Source of the DNA: Macrostomum lignano
Lineage: Eukaryota
DNA: 64,000 nt
Reading direction: 5' to 3'
NCBI GenBank assembly: GCA_002269645.1
Contig: NIVC01000037.1
Span: forward strand, 124,001 to 188,000
Made by a program: the position numbers and the translations under genes. Below the pieces are notes generated by a model, which was not told the origin of the DNA, searched no databases, and worked only from the letters and a program-made list of their open reading frames with translations. Below are positions 60,543 through 64,000 of this stretch, one piece after another; the first letter of the stretch is position 1; each line of letters begins with the position of its first letter.

Positions 60543-62045
60543 GTCATTTCAATGCATAGCTGGCTTGAGAGTGGTTCAAGAATTTAGCAATCTCTCATAT
60601 AGGTCAAGAATGCCTATGTTTACGATTGATACTTTCTTTAAATGGATCATTAAGGATATAGTGAATACGAGCTAAGTTCTACTACAAGTACTGTAGTGAG
60701 AAGCTATGATCAAAAATTATTCGGACTTCTCTGTAAATCAGAAATGCTGAAATCAATGCCATTAAAATCAAGCAAAAGTGCAGCTTTCCCATTAAACGCT
60801 GCTGTCAATCGCGTATTATTTATTCCGTTAGAGTGAGGACTTCTAACCACACGAGAGACGGATTACCCATCTGTCAATCTTAGTTGCAAATTTCGGGTTT
60901 TGCATTAGGGAATACGATTAAGAATTTCGGACATCTGTCTACGATACAGCATGCTCATTTATGCTGATTTTCCTGCTTTCCTTATGTAAAATTATGCACC
61001 TCAAACCGCTAAATTCATAGAAACAGCTTCCTAACTGACAAGTTGCTGAATTCACTAAAATGACTGAGGAAATTTTGAGTGTCATCAAGGGGGAACTGAA
61101 AAAGTCTCTTAATGTGCTCATGCTCAGGCGAAGAAATCTGATTCCACTATTCGGGCTTCTGATGACGTTCTAATGAATTTTTTCAGGAGAGTGTTGACAG
61201 ACTTTTACTTGTTCGAGAGACACGACTGCTATTTTTGAGCAGTCCACTCCGCTCGACATTCAAGTAGTTTCTCAAGGCTGCACGAATTTCACTTTGGCTC
61301 AGATTTCTTCATTTGAAAACTGCTTGAGTCGATTGGAAGGCTGATTTCGGCTGAAAGTGACGGACTGAAGTACTTCTGGTGTGACATGACTGTCTTATGG
61401 AATGGGGGTCTGAATTAAGGTGTCTGTTGTGAGGCGTGTGCCTGCATGCAATGGCGGGTACAGCACGCCTGTGTAGCATGAGACAGATTAGGCCTACGGG
61501 CTAAGGTCTGCGATCCTACACACCTGCACCCCCTCTATTCTGGTGCAGGAATGGCAGGAGAACTCTCTCCAAGCTGACTCGCAAGCCGACCCAGGGGTTC
61601 ACGCCCCGCATGTGTTCAAGGCAGCTCTAGGGCTGCTGGACTGACTGGGCTCCGGCGGCGGCAACCCATCCGTGGCCTTTTGGCCAAGTTGGGTACGGGC
61701 TCCGCCCGGAAGTGCACCTGTGCGTATCAGGTACCTCTGGCCACGGCTCTGAGGAACAGGTACCACCCTCTGACCTTAACAGGGTATGCGGCCAGTCCGC
61801 AGGCTCCGGAGGCAGTCCTCCTGCTTCCCTCAAGGGCCCAGTGTAGTACCGTGCTGATGGTCCTTTGGTTCGGCCTCTGGTTTTTCCAAGCCGGGCTCTT
61901 AGCCGGGGAGTTTCTCGGTTGCTAGCGGTCGGGCCGGTACGGGCTTAAGCCACCCCCGGTCGCTACCTCTTGGCCTGGTTGTTGGGTTTGGGGTTACGGC
62001 CCAGCGGCTTCTCACCTTTAGTCCCCACTCGCCTTTCAGCGACTC

Positions 62046-63341
62046 ATGGAGTATTCATTTACCTCCGACACGTCCGAGGCTGCTGGAGCACCAACCGAGG
62101 TTGGCACCGCGGCCCAGCCGGACATTCGCAACACCGGAACCCCCGGTGCCTCTCAATCTGCCGCTGCCGCCGCTCAGGATAATACCGGAGTGGCTGGACA
62201 AGACAGCGGACCTCAGATTTCAAAAAAGAAGGCCCGTAGCATTGCTCGCTACAAAGCCTTTCTCCAGCGCAAAGCGGAGGAACGGAGGAATGCGAAAGCC
62301 GCCCCTCCGGCCACCTCCGAGGAGGATGCCGGTAACTCTGCGAACCCCGCGGAGGAGCCGACATCCGACAAGGGGGTGGACCCCGCGCGCCGGTCTGATG
62401 CGTCAGGTGCCGCCGAAGCTCCTGGTGCGGCTGGCCCCTCCCGTGACCGGACCTCTGCCCGTGTGGAAGCTCCCACGGCCGTGGAGGGATCCAAAGCGGG
62501 GGGCGCTGGCCAAACCACAAAGCCGAAGCGAACCTACGCGGCTATGGCCAAAAGGCAGCCGGCCCTGGTTATCCAAGGCCAGGAGACGCCTCTTACGGCC
62601 GAACAGCTCGACCTTATCTGGCGCAGGTTGGACTCCCACCTGGTCAAGATGGCCTTGAGCGGCACTACTATTCGAGTCCAAAAGACGAAAGTCGAGGACC
62701 AAGCCCTCTATATCCAGCCCACCGACAGCCAGTCAGGACAGCAGCTCCTCGAGCTGCTGAAAACCTTCGACTGGAGTACGGAGCTGGAGAACCTGTTCAT
62801 CTACAGGGAGGACGAGCGACCCCGGACACACCGGCACCGTGCCTGGATCCCGGCTCGCAGCTGCATCACCAAGGCCGACGAGCTGCGTCACCTGCTAGTG
62901 GCTTCCAACCCGGAGCTACCGGCCAACGGTGTCGTAGTCCAAGCCGGGCGGAGACGGTTTCACGGCTATTCTTGGACTGTCGGATAGCTGGATGCTCCGC
63001 TACCCGGACATGTCCATCATCTCTGTCGGGCTGTTGCAGATTCAGCTCTTTAGAACAGGCGGACGTGGAAAGGGCCGGAAACCCGCCCGGAACACTATCC
63101 GCTCTGGTCTGACTCAGCGCGCGAAGCAGCTGCTGGACACCGCCAAGGCCCCCAACCCAGCCACCCCCAGCCCAGTGTCACCACTGCGGCCCCCCCGGAA
63201 AACCGGGCCGAGAGCGAGAATGCCGCCCAGGTAGCGACCTCGCCCTCGACCATGGAATCCATCCGGGAGGAGCCCATGGAGCTGGAGCCGGGAGCTATCG
63301 GCGAGGCAGAAGAGGCAGCTCTCCTGCACAACTCGCCTTGA
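62046..63341 (+). pseudogene. LINE ORF1 (gag-like), interrupted by at least one frameshift
   Basis: The ATG at 62046 frame is open to 62987. The protein-like sequence continues in the +1 frame from ~62940 (KPGGDGFTAILGLSDSW...) to 63234, and the original frame reopens at 63054-63341. Confidence 0.65.
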
Positions 63342-63382
63342 GCCGGCAGGAAGCTGCGCGGACCACTTGTGGAATTCCCGGA

Positions 63383-64000
63383 GTGGACATCCTGCAGCTT
63401 AACCTGCACCACTGCATCGCGGCCTCGACCAACCTGATGCGGGTGGCAAACTTTGCGAAACCGGGCATCATCCTACTCCAGGAGCCCTGGACAAAGAAAG
63501 GTAAGATTCCGAATATTCCTGCTGGTTTTGACTGTTTTCAAGACCCCCAAAACCCCAGAGCAGCCATTTTCGTATCTACCCACCTCAAAGCTTGGCACAG
63601 ACCGGACCTCTCTGACAGAGACCTCTGTGTCATTCAGTCCAACCACATTATCACCAACCGCACAGTCATCATCGCCTCGATCTATATCCCTGGCGATGGC
63701 CCCGCGGTTCCACCCAACCTCACCTCCCTCGTGGACTACTGCTCTAACCGTAGGTTCGAGCTGCTGGTGGCGGGCGACATCAACGCTCACCACACCCACT
63801 GGGGCAGTAATACTGGTACTTCCAATAGCAGAGGCGAGGAACTCCTTGCTTACATCTGCACCACCAACACTGAGTTTTGCAACATTGGTGGAACCCCCAC
63901 CTTTGACAACGGGCGATGGACGGAGGCCCTCGACGTTACCCTCGTCTCCCATGGCTTGGCTCCTTTAGTCAAGGTCTGGGAGGTGTGGGACGAAGAGGAG
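63383..64000 (+). CDS. LINE ORF2 N-terminus, apurinic/apyrimidinic endonuclease domain (partial)
   Basis: Uninterrupted frame: VDILQLNLHHCIAAS...ILLQEPW...PRAAIF...IIASIYIP...AGDINAHHTHWG...RGEELL...PTF...WTEALDVTL, which are the conserved APE motifs. Absent from the ORF track because there is no stop in the window. Confidence 0.92.
   Translation, partial: MDILQLNLHHCIAASTNLMRVANFAKPGIILLQEPWTKKGKIPNIPAGFDCFQDPQNPRAAIFVSTHLKAWHRPDLSDRDLCVIQSNHIITNRTVIIASIYIPGDGPAVPPNLTSLVDYCSNRRFELLVAGDINAHHTHWGSNTGTSNSRGEELLAYICTTNTEFCNIGGTPTFDNGRWTEALDVTLVSHGLAPLVKVWEVWDEEE

Larger units (their letters stand above)
61430..64000 (+). mobile_element. Non-LTR retrotransposon (APE-type LINE, R1/LOA-like), 5' portion; continues beyond window
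   Basis: A GC-rich putative 5' UTR (left boundary approximate), ORF1, and an ORF2 with a recognisable apurinic endonuclease domain. Confidence 0.88.

Overview
This is eukaryotic (animal) genomic DNA with GC-rich exons, GT-AG introns and about 40 different tandem arrays covering roughly 25 kb (~40%) of the window. The style resembles the flatworm Macrostomum lignano, which is an inference only. Most long ORFs in the supplied track are artefacts of these arrays. By hand-splicing with phase checks I reconstructed seven genes: an orphan Pro-rich gene (partial, -), an atypical dual-specificity phosphatase (-), SETD9 (+), a putative GPI-anchored LRR protein (-), a 15-exon M1 aminopeptidase (-), an 8-exon PPIP5K/VIP1 (-) and the 3' end of a guanylyl cyclase (-). 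A non-LTR retrotransposon (ORF1 plus APE endonuclease) runs off the right edge. The main theme is how the satellites arise. Nearly every longer intron carries its own minisatellite. Some arrays are built from the adjacent gene sequence (the SETD9 stop codon, an aminopeptidase splice acceptor). One sits inside an intact hAT-type MITE with 14-bp TIRs and an 8-bp TSD. One unit recurs in two introns of the same gene, and a three-copy CAGGG-headed element carries a TC-rich tail of variable length. A candidate two-exon 93-aa Cys-rich gene lies at 43.7-44.2 kb. There is no CRISPR array and I recognised no RNA gene.
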